This document shows, piece by piece, positions 9,050-18,552 of a DNA stretch of 64,000 nucleotides (the first letter of the stretch is position 1; the number at the start of each line of letters is the position of its first letter). This stretch comes from Bryobacterales bacterium. GTDB lineage: Bacteria > Acidobacteriota > Terriglobia > Bryobacterales > UBA6623. The stretch spans positions 386,841-450,840 of the forward strand of contig CBDFJA010000003.1 in assembly GCA_965248365.1 (NCBI GenBank), written 5' to 3'. Both the position numbers and the translations under genes were made by a program. The notes beneath the pieces are model-generated. The model saw only the letters and a program-made list of their open reading frames with translations, was not told the origin of the DNA and did not search any database.

Positions 9050-10999
9050 TTACACGAGCGGCGCGAGGCTCAGAAAGCGGCGAAACTCCTCGACGTCGCG
9101 GGTGCGTCCGGGAAACTCGGCCGCGATGCTCTCGTCCGGGTGGACGATGGCGTAGTAGGGGATGGCGACCGTGCCGAAGCGGTCCAGTTGCAGCTTTTGA
9201 TTGGCCAAAGAAGCGTCGTCGACACCGTCAGTGTAGAGTTCAAGCAACACCAGACCGTCTAAGGCTCCGGCGATCTCTGGTCGGGTGAACATGTTGGCCT
9301 TCATCCAGTGGCAGTTCGTGCAGGCGTAGCCGGTGAAGCTTACCAGCACGGCCTTCCCTTGCTCCCGGGCGATCTGGAGTGCTGCTTGGTAGTCATTCTT
9401 GAGCCACGTGGTCTCGGAACCGCCGGACCCCAATCCCGCCAACGTCAGGCCCGAGTACTCCGCGGGCGGCACGTAGGCATCAATTTCGCCCAGTCGGGAT
9501 CCGAACATGCCCGGAATCAGGCTGACAGCCAAGACGAGAAACAGGCCGCCGATAGCCAAGCGCCCGATGCCGATCGACGAGTCATCGTCCGCGGCCAGCC
9601 GCACCAACCCCAGCAGATACATCCCGGCAAGCGCCAGCAGAACAATCCACAGAGCCAAAAAACGCTCACGGGTCAAGATGTGCCACTGATACATCTGGTC
9701 GACGTTGCTGAGGTACTTCACCGCCACCGCCAAAATGACGAACCCCATCGTCGCCTTGGTGCGGGCCAGCCAACCCCCGCTCTTAGGCAGCCGCGACAGG
9801 TAGGCGGGGAACAGGGCCAAGAAAAAGAACGGTAGCGCCAGCCCGGTTGAAAACATCAGCATCCCAAAGATCGGCCAACTCACATCTCCCTGAATCGACC
9901 CGGCCAGTAACGCACCAACGAAAGGTCCCGTACAGGCAAACGAGGCCAGTGCAAACACCAGTCCCATCACCAGCGTGCCCACAGTCCCGCCGCGGCCTGC
10001 CACGCGGTCGAGCTTGGTCAGCAGACCGCTTGGGACGCTGATCTCGAAAGCGCCCAACAGACTGGCCGCAAAGGCGACGAACACCAGCGCAATGAACAAG
10101 TTGATCCAGACATTCGAGCCCAGTCGGAGAAGCCCGAAAGGTCCCAGCGCCAGCGAAACAATCGTCCCCAAACCGGTGAAAAGCACAACCACGCCGACAC
10201 AGAATATCGTTGCCTGGACGAAGGAAGGTTTCTTCGAACCTGCTTGCGTGCTGACAAAGTACGACATGGTGATCGGAATCATCGGGAATACACAGGGCGT
10301 GAAGATCGCCAGCAGGCCGAACCCGAATGCAATCCCGGCGAACGGAATGATCCCCTCTGACTGTGGCGTGGGAAGCCGAGTCAGACGAGCCGCCGCGGCC
10401 GCGGTTTGCGCTGACGGGGTTAAAGCAGCCGCCGCGGTTGCTTCCACGTAGCCGTCGGCAATGGCAGGCGCCGCCGCCGTGGCCGCCGGATCTATTTTCA
10501 GTGCAGCCGTTGCCGTCTTCCTGACGGGCGGCAGACAGAGCCGGTCGTCGCAGACTTGATAGCGAACCCTTGCCTCGAGCTCCGGTGAGCCGAGCGAGGC
10601 ATCCTCCGCCAGCAGAATGTCGAATTGAAAGACGGCTTCGTCTTCGTAAGTCTCGGTCTCGAGTTGGAAGTTCTCGTCGATCCGGCGGTTGGGTGGGGGC
10701 TGAAACAGCTTCCAGCTCTCAACCGAGGGCGACTCGGCCATTTCGATCTTCGTTGGGATCGGTCCTCCCGCCGGCGTGGTCGGCGAGTAGAGGTGCCAGC
10801 CGGGTTCGATTTCCGCCTTTAGCAGACCGACAGCTCGCCGGCCGGGACGCGCCGATTGGGGATCAAACGCCAGCGACCACTGGACAGGGTCGTATTTAGG
10901 CTGGCGGGAAGCCAACTGGGCCTGCCCCGAAACATGAACTATGGCAAGCAGCAGGGAGAGCACTGCGAGTTTCCGGGAGATTGCCATTGGCGGCTTCAT
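9050..10999 (-). CDS. dsbD: Thiol:disulfide interchange protein DsbD-like (cytochrome c biogenesis transmembrane core plus C-terminal thioredoxin domain)
   Basis: 649 aa. Signal peptide, a multi-TM core with the CVFPMIPIT motif, and a C-terminal thioredoxin fold with GYACTNCHWM (CxxC). Confidence 0.85.
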   Translation of the reverse strand: MKPPMAISRKLAVLSLLLAIVHVSGQAQLASRQPKYDPVQWSLAFDPQSARPGRRAVGLLKAEIEPGWHLYSPTTPAGGPIPTKIEMAESPSVESWKLFQPPPNRRIDENFQLETETYEDEAVFQFDILLAEDASLGSPELEARVRYQVCDDRLCLPPVRKTATAALKIDPAATAAAPAIADGYVEATAAAALTPSAQTAAAAARLTRLPTPQSEGIIPFAGIAFGFGLLAIFTPCVFPMIPITMSYFVSTQAGSKKPSFVQATIFCVGVVVLFTGLGTIVSLALGPFGLLRLGSNVWINLFIALVFVAFAASLLGAFEISVPSGLLTKLDRVAGRGGTVGTLVMGLVFALASFACTGPFVGALLAGSIQGDVSWPIFGMLMFSTGLALPFFFLALFPAYLSRLPKSGGWLARTKATMGFVILAVAVKYLSNVDQMYQWHILTRERFLALWIVLLALAGMYLLGLVRLAADDDSSIGIGRLAIGGLFLVLAVSLIPGMFGSRLGEIDAYVPPAEYSGLTLAGLGSGGSETTWLKNDYQAALQIAREQGKAVLVSFTGYACTNCHWMKANMFTRPEIAGALDGLVLLELYTDGVDDASLANQKLQLDRFGTVAIPYYAIVHPDESIAAEFPGRTRDVEEFRRFLSLAPLV

Positions 11000-11125
11000 T
11001 TCGTTCGATGCCGGGGTTGAGCCAGGGGTTGCAAGCTCCGAATGCTTCCAGCGGGTCGAACCGGCCGAGTCGTGTTGCGGCCTATTTGAAGTTTCGGGGC
11101 CCGCGAAGGAAAAGTTATCTTTAAT

Positions 11126-12244
11126 TTACTCGCTGCCCTTCGTCCTCAACATCGCCAGGCCAATCCGACCGTTGAGATTCTCGTCCGGAGAGGGCCGGTT
11201 TCCGCCCCCGAACCAGACCAAAAGATCGCCGCCGCGTCTCCACACGCTTGGATCACAAACAACGTGCAAGTTCCACGCTTGCGAACCCTCAAGCAAGGGC
11301 AGGGTGGGCAACTTCTTCCAGTCTACACCGTTCACCGACTCGGCCCAGCCGATGCGCCGGTCTTCGTTTGCGTCCCGGCCGGTGTAGAGCATCAGATACC
11401 GATCCGCGGCGCAAAAGACCGCCGGTTCGCCGAGACCCCGCTCATCAAAGCTGCCGGGCGGGCCGGTGTCGAGGATCGGGTTGACGTGCGATTTCTGCCA
11501 GTGAACACCATCGGTCGAGCGCGCTACCCCGAGGCGCTGAATCCCGAACCGGTTCTGGCCTAAGTAGTACATGGTGTAGGTTCCCTGGCGGCGGACCACG
11601 TAGGGATCGCCGACAGCGGTTTCATCCCACGATCTTGAAGGGCCGGGCGCCAGGACCGCCCTACCGTGTTTCGACCAGCGTGTCGCATCGACGGAGTCCG
11701 CCAGTCCAATGCTGGTCCCGCCGCGCGGTCCCGCCTGATACCAATAGAGAAAGTGGCCGCCGTCATGACCGAGAGAACCGTTGGCCGCAATGTAGCCGCC
11801 CTCCCAGGTCGCCGGGTCGGGCGAAATTACGGGTCCCGTTCCCTGTTTGTCCCAACTTGCGCCCTCGGCCAATGTCGCCAGTCCGGTGTGCCAGGTCTTG
11901 CCGTCAAATCCCGAATAGAGATTGTAAAACGTTTTGCCCACCCTGACGACGCTGGGGTTGAGAACATCCACGGAATCCCAGGTTCCGCTTGGGCCGGGGC
12001 TCAGGACCGGCTCGGGTCGCACCTCCCATTGCGTTTCGGAACCGAGAGGGGCGCTGCTCTCCTCGCAGCCGGGCACCACGAACCGAGCCTGTTTGGGCCG
12101 AAACGCGGGGCCGCAGGCAATCGCGAGCAGCGTGCAGAGAACCGCGAGGAACTTAGATCCGCGGATGGAGTTCGGAGTCACTTGGTCCTCAGAGTGGTAA
12201 CACCGGCCGCCCTTATCGCCGCCTCCGGCTTTGGTAGGTGACAA
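11126..12244 (-). CDS. Secreted glycoside-hydrolase-like five-bladed beta-propeller protein (GH43/32/130-type)
   Basis: 372 aa. Lipobox-like LLAIAC. Recurrent blade motifs WDSVDVLNPSVV, WDETAVGDPYVV and FDERGLGEPAVF. Confidence 0.6.
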   Translation of the reverse strand: MSPTKAGGGDKGGRCYHSEDQVTPNSIRGSKFLAVLCTLLAIACGPAFRPKQARFVVPGCEESSAPLGSETQWEVRPEPVLSPGPSGTWDSVDVLNPSVVRVGKTFYNLYSGFDGKTWHTGLATLAEGASWDKQGTGPVISPDPATWEGGYIAANGSLGHDGGHFLYWYQAGPRGGTSIGLADSVDATRWSKHGRAVLAPGPSRSWDETAVGDPYVVRRQGTYTMYYLGQNRFGIQRLGVARSTDGVHWQKSHVNPILDTGPPGSFDERGLGEPAVFCAADRYLMLYTGRDANEDRRIGWAESVNGVDWKKLPTLPLLEGSQAWNLHVVCDPSVWRRGGDLLVWFGGGNRPSPDENLNGRIGLAMLRTKGSE

Positions 12245-12328
12245 CGCAGCCCTGTGCTACGCTGACGGCTTGCAGGGCGGCGAACCTCCGGTTTGCGCCT
12301 ACAGATTCTCGCAGAAAGTCGTCTCCCG

Positions 12329-13306
12329 ATGAAAGCCTGGCAAGTTACTGCGTTCGGCGAACCCGAGGAGATGACGCTGCGGGACGTGCCTCTGCCCGCG
12401 CCGGGCCCGGGGCAGGTTCTCATTCGCAACCGGGCCGCGGGGCTGAACTTCTTCGACATTCTGCAGATCCAAGGGAAATACCAGTCCAAGCCCTCGTTTC
12501 CGTTTACGGTGGGCCGGGAAGTCGCCGGCCAGGTCGAGGCGGTGGGCGAAGGCGCGGGGAAGTTTTCCGTCGGCGAAGCGGTGCTCGCCTTTCCCGACGG
12601 AGGCGGCTATGCGGAATACTCTCTCGCCGCGGCCGATCGTACGTTCCCCAAACCCGACGACATGGGCTTCCCGGCAGCGGCGGGGATGGCCATTACCTAT
12701 CAAACAAGCTACTTTGCCCTCACACATCGAGCCAGGTTGCAGGAAGCCGAGTGGCTGCTGGTGCACGCCGGGGCCAGTGGCGTAGGCGTGGCGGCGCTTC
12801 AGCTTGGCAAGGCTCTTGGCGCGCGAACTATCGCCACCGCGGGCAGCGATGAAAAACTAGCCTTTTGCCGCACCCAAGGGGCCGACCACGCGATCGGATA
12901 CACGCAGGCAAGCTGGGTCGATCAGGTGAAGGAAATCACCTCGGGCCGCGGCGCGGATGTGATCTACGATCCCGTCGGCGGCGACGTCTTCGATCTCTCC
13001 ACGAAATGCATCGCGCCCGAAGGACGCCTGCTCGTAGTCGGCTTCGCCGGGGGGCGCATCCCCTCGATCGCCGCCAATCGCGTTCTGCTCAAAAATATGT
13101 CCGTCGTGGGCGTGTTTTGGGGCCGCCATGTGGACGAACACCCGGGCTATCTGGCGGAAGCCCAGCAATCGCTGATGGATTTCCACCGGCAAGGCAAGAT
13201 CCGGCCTTCCGTGTCCGTCACCTATCCGCTGTCGCAAGCCCCGGCGGCGTTAGCCGACTTGGCTCGGCGCAAGATCGTCGGCAAAGCGGTGCTGGTGATC
13301 GGCTGA
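12329..13306 (+). CDS. NADPH:quinone oxidoreductase / zinc-type alcohol dehydrogenase family (MDR superfamily)
   Basis: MKAWQVTAFGEPEEMTL start. GASGVGVAALQLGKALGA nucleotide-binding motif. The ORF opens at 12293, but ATG 12329 fits the family N-terminus. Confidence 0.85.
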   Translation: MKAWQVTAFGEPEEMTLRDVPLPAPGPGQVLIRNRAAGLNFFDILQIQGKYQSKPSFPFTVGREVAGQVEAVGEGAGKFSVGEAVLAFPDGGGYAEYSLAAADRTFPKPDDMGFPAAAGMAITYQTSYFALTHRARLQEAEWLLVHAGASGVGVAALQLGKALGARTIATAGSDEKLAFCRTQGADHAIGYTQASWVDQVKEITSGRGADVIYDPVGGDVFDLSTKCIAPEGRLLVVGFAGGRIPSIAANRVLLKNMSVVGVFWGRHVDEHPGYLAEAQQSLMDFHRQGKIRPSVSVTYPLSQAPAALADLARRKIVGKAVLVIG

Positions 13307-13338
13307 GAGTATCCGTCCGGACTCCCGTGCATGAATTG

Positions 13339-13539
13339 TGAGCCGGCATTGCTCGCCGGCCGACGATCCAGGCGCGCAAGCGGTCCGCCGTTACCTCGTT
13401 GCGCCTGCTCGCCGTGCTCAACGTAGGGTTCAAGTACGCCCGCATGATTCAAGAAATGCGGCGCCGAGCGGCGCGCGCTTGGTACTGGCAGTCCTCTCAC
13501 GCACTTCGCCTCGCGACCTGGTGAGAAAAGCGGGCTAGG
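13339..13539. repeat. MITE-like element, copy M4 (right terminus hit by IS481)
   Basis: Right end GGTGAGAAAAGCGGGCTAG at 13520-13538. Left end-like TGAGCCGGCATTGCTCGCC. Confidence 0.55.
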
Positions 13540-14565
13540 TGTGATCTTTCAACAGGTTGTTCATTCGGTCCCGGACCAGGGAAGCTGGAGTTGTCGAATA
13601 ACCACGACCCTGGAGAGACCGCATGAACATCCATCAGAATGCCCGATTGACGCCCAAAGGCCGAGCCCTTTTGGTTCGATGCATCCTCGCTGGAGAGACG
13701 CCTCGGGCCGCCGCGGCGGCCCGAGACGTCTCAGAACGCACCGCCCGCCGTTGGCTGGCCCGCTACCGCGGCGAAGGCGAAGCCGGTCTCTACGATCGCT
13801 CTTCGCGCCCCCGGCATAGCCCGCGCCGCACCCCGCAAGCCGTCGTTGACCGCGTCCTCGCCCTGCGCCGACAACGTTGGACGGGCCGCCGCATCACCCA
13901 AACCCTGCGGCTATCCCCGGCCACCGTCAGCCGCCTCCTCGGTCGCGCCGGACTCAACCGTCTCCGCGATCTCGAACCCGCTCCCCCCGTTCGCCGCTAC
14001 GAACATCACCGTCCCGGCGATCTACTGCGTCTCGACATCAAAAAGCTCGGCCGCTTCCAGCACGCCGGTCACCGCGTTACCGGCGATAAGACCCGACGCT
14101 CCCGCGCCGCCGGCTGGGAGTTCGTCCACGTCGCCGTCGACGACCATTCCCGCATCGCCTTCTCCCAGATCCTGCCCGATGAGCGCAGCCTTTCCGCTGC
14201 CCAGTTCCTTCTCCTCGCCCACGCCTACTATGGCTCGCTTGGCATCCGCATCCGACGCCTGCTCACCGACAATGGCTCCTGGTACCGCTCCCGCCACTTC
14301 CGTCGTACTTGCCGCCGCCTCGGCATCCGCCACCGCTTCACCCGCCCCTACACCCCTCGCACCAACGGCAAGGCCGAGCGCTTCATCCAAACCGCCCTCC
14401 GCGAATGGGCCTATGCCCGCTCCTACTGCTCCTCCCTCCAACGCGCCAACCATCTGCTCCCCTGGCTCCACGACTACAATTGGCATCGCCCCCACGCCAG
14501 CCTCGGCTATCATCCCCCTATCAGCCGACTCCCTCCTCCCCGGAACAACCTGTTGAGGCTCCACA
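13540..14565 (+). mobile_element. IS481-family insertion sequence, copy 1 (1026 bp), 6-bp TSD GCTAGG
   Basis: Inverted repeats TGTGATCTTTCAACAGGTTGTTC and TGTGGAGCCTCAACAGGTTGTTC (reverse complement). GCTAGG occurs at 13534-13539 and 14566-14571. Confidence 0.92.
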
Positions 14566-14570
14566 GCTAG
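13623..14570 (+). CDS. IS481-family DDE transposase
   Basis: 315 aa. N-terminal HTH, then DDE motifs LDIKKLGRF, LLTDNGSWY and NGKAERFIQT. The last codon and the TAG stop lie in the duplicated target. Confidence 0.92.
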   Translation: MNIHQNARLTPKGRALLVRCILAGETPRAAAAARDVSERTARRWLARYRGEGEAGLYDRSSRPRHSPRRTPQAVVDRVLALRRQRWTGRRITQTLRLSPATVSRLLGRAGLNRLRDLEPAPPVRRYEHHRPGDLLRLDIKKLGRFQHAGHRVTGDKTRRSRAAGWEFVHVAVDDHSRIAFSQILPDERSLSAAQFLLLAHAYYGSLGIRIRRLLTDNGSWYRSRHFRRTCRRLGIRHRFTRPYTPRTNGKAERFIQTALREWAYARSYCSSLQRANHLLPWLHDYNWHRPHASLGYHPPISRLPPPRNNLLRLHS

Positions 14571-14972
14571 GCCAACGTCAGCGTGATATCGTCGAGGGAG
14601 TTGCGGAGCGCCGACCAGCCCATGCCTTGACTTGTGGTCTTCTTGGTCACCATGACCACGGCGGCGCTCTTCTCGCGGATGATCGTCATGAAGTGATAGA
14701 CCTTCGGCGAAGAGATGAACATTTCCTCGAAAGAATCCTTGAGGTCCACGTCCCGCTTGCTTGGAGAGCAACTCCTCAACGCGGCGGACGTTCTTGCCGC
14801 AAAACATTTCGACGGCCGCGGCAGCCACGGCGTCCAAGTAAGATTGCGTAAAGTGCGCGACCGTGTGGTGAACTCCGATTAACATCCCGGTGTTGAGGTC
14901 GACAACCCCGACGGCCAAGCAATCGTCGACTTTATCCACCAGTTCTCTGCATAGATCTGCGGTGTTTGCCAT
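14567..14972 (-). pseudogene. Small roadblock/LC7-like (MglB-like) protein, frame-broken near 14757
   Basis: The N-terminal 72 codons (MANTADLCRELVDKVDDCLAVGVVDLNTGMLIGVHH...ELLSKQ) continue sensibly only in ORF 14567..14779 (RDVDLKDSFEEMFISSPKVYHF...LTLA*). One nucleotide separates the two frames. Confidence 0.5.
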
Positions 14973-15379
14973 TTCAGCTCCTTAAGTTGCTTGCTCTTCT
15001 TTCTGTTAGTTTTGGCGCGCAATCCCTCTAGGGTCGCGTGGAGGGGACCGTCTCTCCCTTCAGCAATTCGGATTCCGTCCCGCACCCGTACAAAAAGAAG
15101 TGTTTTGATGACAGCAAGGCAATATCGTGGGTGAGGCGACCCCGTGAGTGGGGGTTTTGCCCCACCGATTGAAGGATTGAGGAGGGCGAGAGCGTCCCAA
15201 GGACTCGCAGCGCTACAAAATCGCGCCTTTGTCCCTCCGGACTCGGGGGCCGGATCGCGCCGAGACTCCCGGTCCACCGCTAGCGGGCCATAGTGTGCGA
15301 ACTATCTTCGGCGCCCTTGTCCGCTGGAGCTCGGCGGCGACTGCGCTAAAATAATGGTTCTAAGAGGATCGAGGTCTAT

Positions 15380-16660
15380 TTGCCGGCGACAGAGAGCTGT
15401 AAGCGCGAACTGGAGATCAGCGTACCTTGGGAGGAGGTCGAGCAGGAAACGGGCCGCATCGTCAAGGCCCTCCGAGGCGGCGCGAAGATTCCCGGGTTCC
15501 GGCCGGGCAAGGCGCCTGACAGCATTGTCCGCTCGCGCTATCAAAAGGAAATCCGGCAGGAGATCATCGACAAACTGGTCCCTAGCTTCTTTTGGAAGCA
15601 GGCGCAACAACAGAACCTGCGAGTCGTCGGCTCTCCCCAGGTGGGTGACCTTCACCTGGAGAACGGCGAGGCGATGCGGTTCCACGCTGAATTTGAAGTC
15701 TATCCCGACTTCGAGCTGGGCGACTACCGTCGTATCGAGGTCCCTTTTCGTGAACCGGAGGTGAGCGAGGAAGAGGTCGCCCAGGAGTTGGAACAGCTCC
15801 GCGAGCGGCACGCCGGCTTTCGCAATCTCGACCCTCGCCCGCTTGCTGACGGCGACATCGCCGTTTTGTCGCTGAAGGGAACTTCCGAAGACGACACGCC
15901 GCCTATCGAACAAGAGGAGACCACCGTCACGATCGGCAGTGAAGAGACCTTACCGGAGTTCAACGAGCGTTTGCGCGGGAAGAGTCCGGGCGACGAGGCG
16001 GATTTCGAAGTGCGCTATCCCGAGGATTTTTCCAACCGCTCGCTGGCCGGCAAGTCGGTCTCTTTCCATGTGGAGGTCAAGGGGGTAAGGGAAAAGGATT
16101 TGCCCGAGCTTAACGACGACTTTGCCGCCGATCTCGGCGACTTCCGCACGCTGGAGGAAGTCCGCCGTCACCTGCATGAGTTAATCGAAAACCAGCGCAG
16201 GCGTCAGGCTACCGAGGCCGCCCAAGAGGCGCTGATCAATGAATTGATCAAAAGGCACGATTTCCCGGTTCCCGAAGAGTTGGTTGATCGGCAGATCGCC
16301 AGCCGCCTCGAACGTCAACTGCGTTCCCTCAAGCAACAGGGCGTTGACGTGTCGAAGCTTGATTGGGATTGGGACAAGGTGCGCGACGAGGAGCGGGAAC
16401 GCGCTTCCCGCGATGTCAAGGCCAGCCTGCTGTTGGAGAGAATCGCAAAAGCGGAAAACATCAGCGCCGGTTCGGAGGAGATTGACGAGCAGGTCCAGCG
16501 CTATGCGGAACAGACGCGGCAATCCCCCGCGGCCGCCCGCAAGAAGCTGGCCGACGACGGCGCCTTGGACCGCATGCAAGTGCAAATGAGCAACAACAAG
16601 ACACTGAGCTTTCTCTTGGATGAAGCCGAGAAAGTCGATCATGAGGTTGAGGCCACATAA
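15380..16660 (+). CDS. tig: Trigger factor
   Basis: 426 aa with a TTG start. Has the ribosome-binding signature IPGFRPGKAP and the typical acidic C-terminal domain. It is followed by clpP. Confidence 0.92.
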   Translation: MPATESCKRELEISVPWEEVEQETGRIVKALRGGAKIPGFRPGKAPDSIVRSRYQKEIRQEIIDKLVPSFFWKQAQQQNLRVVGSPQVGDLHLENGEAMRFHAEFEVYPDFELGDYRRIEVPFREPEVSEEEVAQELEQLRERHAGFRNLDPRPLADGDIAVLSLKGTSEDDTPPIEQEETTVTIGSEETLPEFNERLRGKSPGDEADFEVRYPEDFSNRSLAGKSVSFHVEVKGVREKDLPELNDDFAADLGDFRTLEEVRRHLHELIENQRRRQATEAAQEALINELIKRHDFPVPEELVDRQIASRLERQLRSLKQQGVDVSKLDWDWDKVRDEERERASRDVKASLLLERIAKAENISAGSEEIDEQVQRYAEQTRQSPAAARKKLADDGALDRMQVQMSNNKTLSFLLDEAEKVDHEVEAT

Positions 16661-16735
16661 CGGTTGGGACTTTCCGTTATTGTCCGGGTTCGCGCACGCG
16701 CTCGCCGGCCAAGCTAGTCAGCACAAGGAACGCAT

Positions 16736-17353
16736 ATGTCCAGGATGATTGAACCAAACGCCGGTCTGGTTCCCATGGTCGTGGAGCAGACCAGTCGCGG
16801 AGAGCGCGCGTACGATATTTACTCCCGCTTGCTGCGGGACAACATTATTTTTGTCGGCTTCCCCATTGACGACAACGCCGCCAATCTGATCACCGCGCAG
16901 TTGCTGTTTCTTGAAGCCGAGAATCCGGAGCGCGATATTTGGCTTTACATCAACTCGCCCGGGGGATCGATCACCGCCGGGATGGCCATCTACGACACGA
17001 TGCAGTTCGTGCGCCCCGACATCACGACGGTTTGCGTCGGCCAGGCCGCGTCGATGGCCGCCGTGCTGATGGCGGCGGGCGCCAAGGACAAGCGATACGG
17101 ACTTCCCAATTCCCGTTTCCTGCTCCATCAGCCCTCGATCTCCGGGCTGGCCGGACAGGCGACCGACATCGACATCCAAGCGCGCGAAATCCTGCGCATG
17201 CGCGAAAAGATCAACCAGATTCTCGCCCAGCATAGCGGGCAAAAGCCCGAAACCATTAACAAAGACGTCGAGCGCGATTTCATTCTCGACGCCGAACAGG
17301 CCAAAGACTACGGCCTAATCGACGAGATTATTTTCAAGAAGGAACAGGAGTAG
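16736..17353 (+). CDS. clpP: ATP-dependent Clp protease proteolytic subunit
   Basis: 205 aa. Contains [19 protein letters not shown], the active-site context [10 protein letters not shown], and LLHQP. Confidence 0.95.
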   Translation: MSRMIEPNAGLVPMVVEQTSRGERAYDIYSRLLRDNIIFVGFPIDDNAANLITAQLLFLEAENPERDIWLYINSPGGSITAGMAIYDTMQFVRPDITTVCVGQAASMAAVLMAAGAKDKRYGLPNSRFLLHQPSISGLAGQATDIDIQAREILRMREKINQILAQHSGQKPETINKDVERDFILDAEQAKDYGLIDEIIFKKEQE

Positions 17354-17609
17354 CGCTCCGCGGGGCGCGCCGCTTGCTCGTCCCCTTTTGGCGTGCGTGT
17401 GCGCCGACTTCCCCTACGACTCGAGAACCCGTGCTGTGTTCGGCTCGCGGCGGGGCCCGCGCCCTGACGGGCACGGCTCTGTCCGGTTAACGCCGCGGGC
17501 CGTCGCCGCAAGAATGACGCCAGTAGGGACAAGCCCTCTTGCTTGTCCGGCCGTTTGTCGTTGCATGCAGCTCGGCGACCCGCGCTGTATCCGAGAAATG
17601 CGGGCTAGT
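17354..17609. repeat. Intergenic repeat M5 (variant family; right terminus CCGAGAAATGCGGGCTAG hit by IS481)
   Basis: Terminus at 17591-17608. Left end-like GCGCCGCTTGCTCGTCC. Contains the 35-nt core GGGCCCGCGCCCTGACGGGCACGGCTCTGTCCGGT, shared with 33904-33938 and 26928-26958. Confidence 0.6.
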
Positions 17610-18552
17610 TGTGGAGCCTCAACAGGTTGTTCCGGGGAGGAGGGAGTCGGCTGATAGGGGGATTATAGCCGAGGCTGGCGTGGGGGCGATGCCAATTGTA
17701 GTCGTGGAGCCAGGGGAGCAGATGGTTGGCGCGTTGGAGGGAGGAGCAGTAGGAGCGGGCATAGGCCCATTCGCGGAGGGCGGTTTGGATGAAGCGCTCG
17801 GCCTTGCCGTTGGTGCGAGGGGTGTAGGGGCGGGTGAAGCGGTGGCGGATGCCGAGGCGGCGGCAAGTACGACGGAAGTGGCGGGAGCGGTACCAGGAGC
17901 CATTGTCGGTGAGCAGGCGTCGGATGCGGATGCCAAGCGAGCCATAGTAGGCGTGGGCGAGGAGAAGGAACTGGGCAGCGGAAAGGCTGCGCTCATCGGG
18001 CAGGATCTGGGAGAAGGCGATGCGGGAATGGTCGTCGACGGCGACGTGGACGAACTCCCAGCCGGCGGCGCGGGAGCGTCGGGTCTTATCGCCGGTAACG
18101 CGGTGACCGGCGTGCTGGAAGCGGCCGAGCTTTTTGATGTCGAGATGCAGTAGATCGCCGGGACGGTGATGTTCGTAGCGGCGAACGGGGGGAGCGGGTT
18201 CGAGATCGCGGAGACGGTTGAGTCCGGCGCGACCGAGGAGGCGGCTGACGGTGGCCGGGGATAGCCGCAGGGTTTGGGCGATGCGGCGGCCCGTCCAACG
18301 TTGTCGGCGCAGGGCGAGGACGCGGTCAACGACGGCTTGCGGGGTGCGGCGCGGGCTATGCCGGGGACGCGAAGAGCGATCGTAGAGACCGGCTTCGCCT
18401 TCGCCGCGGTAGCGGGCCAGCCAACGGCGGGCGGTGCGTTCTGAGACGTCTCGGGCCGCCGCGGCGGCCCGAGGCGTCTCTCCAGCGAGGATGCATCGAA
18501 CCAAAAGGGCTCGGCCTTTGGGCGTCAATCGGGCATTCTGATGGATGTTCAT
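17605..18552 (-). CDS. IS481-family DDE transposase
   Basis: 315 aa, differing from copy 1 at a few residues (A/T, H/R, N/H). Ends ...LHN* because the flanking base differs. Confidence 0.92.
   Translation of the reverse strand: MNIHQNARLTPKGRALLVRCILAGETPRAAAAARDVSERTARRWLARYRGEGEAGLYDRSSRPRHSPRRTPQAVVDRVLALRRQRWTGRRIAQTLRLSPATVSRLLGRAGLNRLRDLEPAPPVRRYEHHRPGDLLHLDIKKLGRFQHAGHRVTGDKTRRSRAAGWEFVHVAVDDHSRIAFSQILPDERSLSAAQFLLLAHAYYGSLGIRIRRLLTDNGSWYRSRHFRRTCRRLGIRHRFTRPYTPRTNGKAERFIQTALREWAYARSYCSSLQRANHLLPWLHDYNWHRPHASLGYNPPISRLPPPRNNLLRLHN

Noticed and set aside
13846-14972. Long alternative-frame and antisense ORFs inside the IS481 copies (13846..14556, 14022..14972 lower part, 17539..18153, 17619..18329, 24341..24952 distal part, 24418..25128)
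   Set aside because: They are Ala/Pro/Gly/Ser-rich shadows of the transposase frame in high-GC DNA and are repeated only because the IS is repeated. Several run across IS boundaries into unrelated sequence.
15001-15379. A possible tRNA or structured RNA upstream of tig (TTCGGATTCC-like T-loop near 15070; GTGGGG...CCCCAC hairpin near 15160)
   Set aside because: No acceptor, D or anticodon arms could be built around the T-loop-like string. The hairpin lacks a following U-run on either strand.
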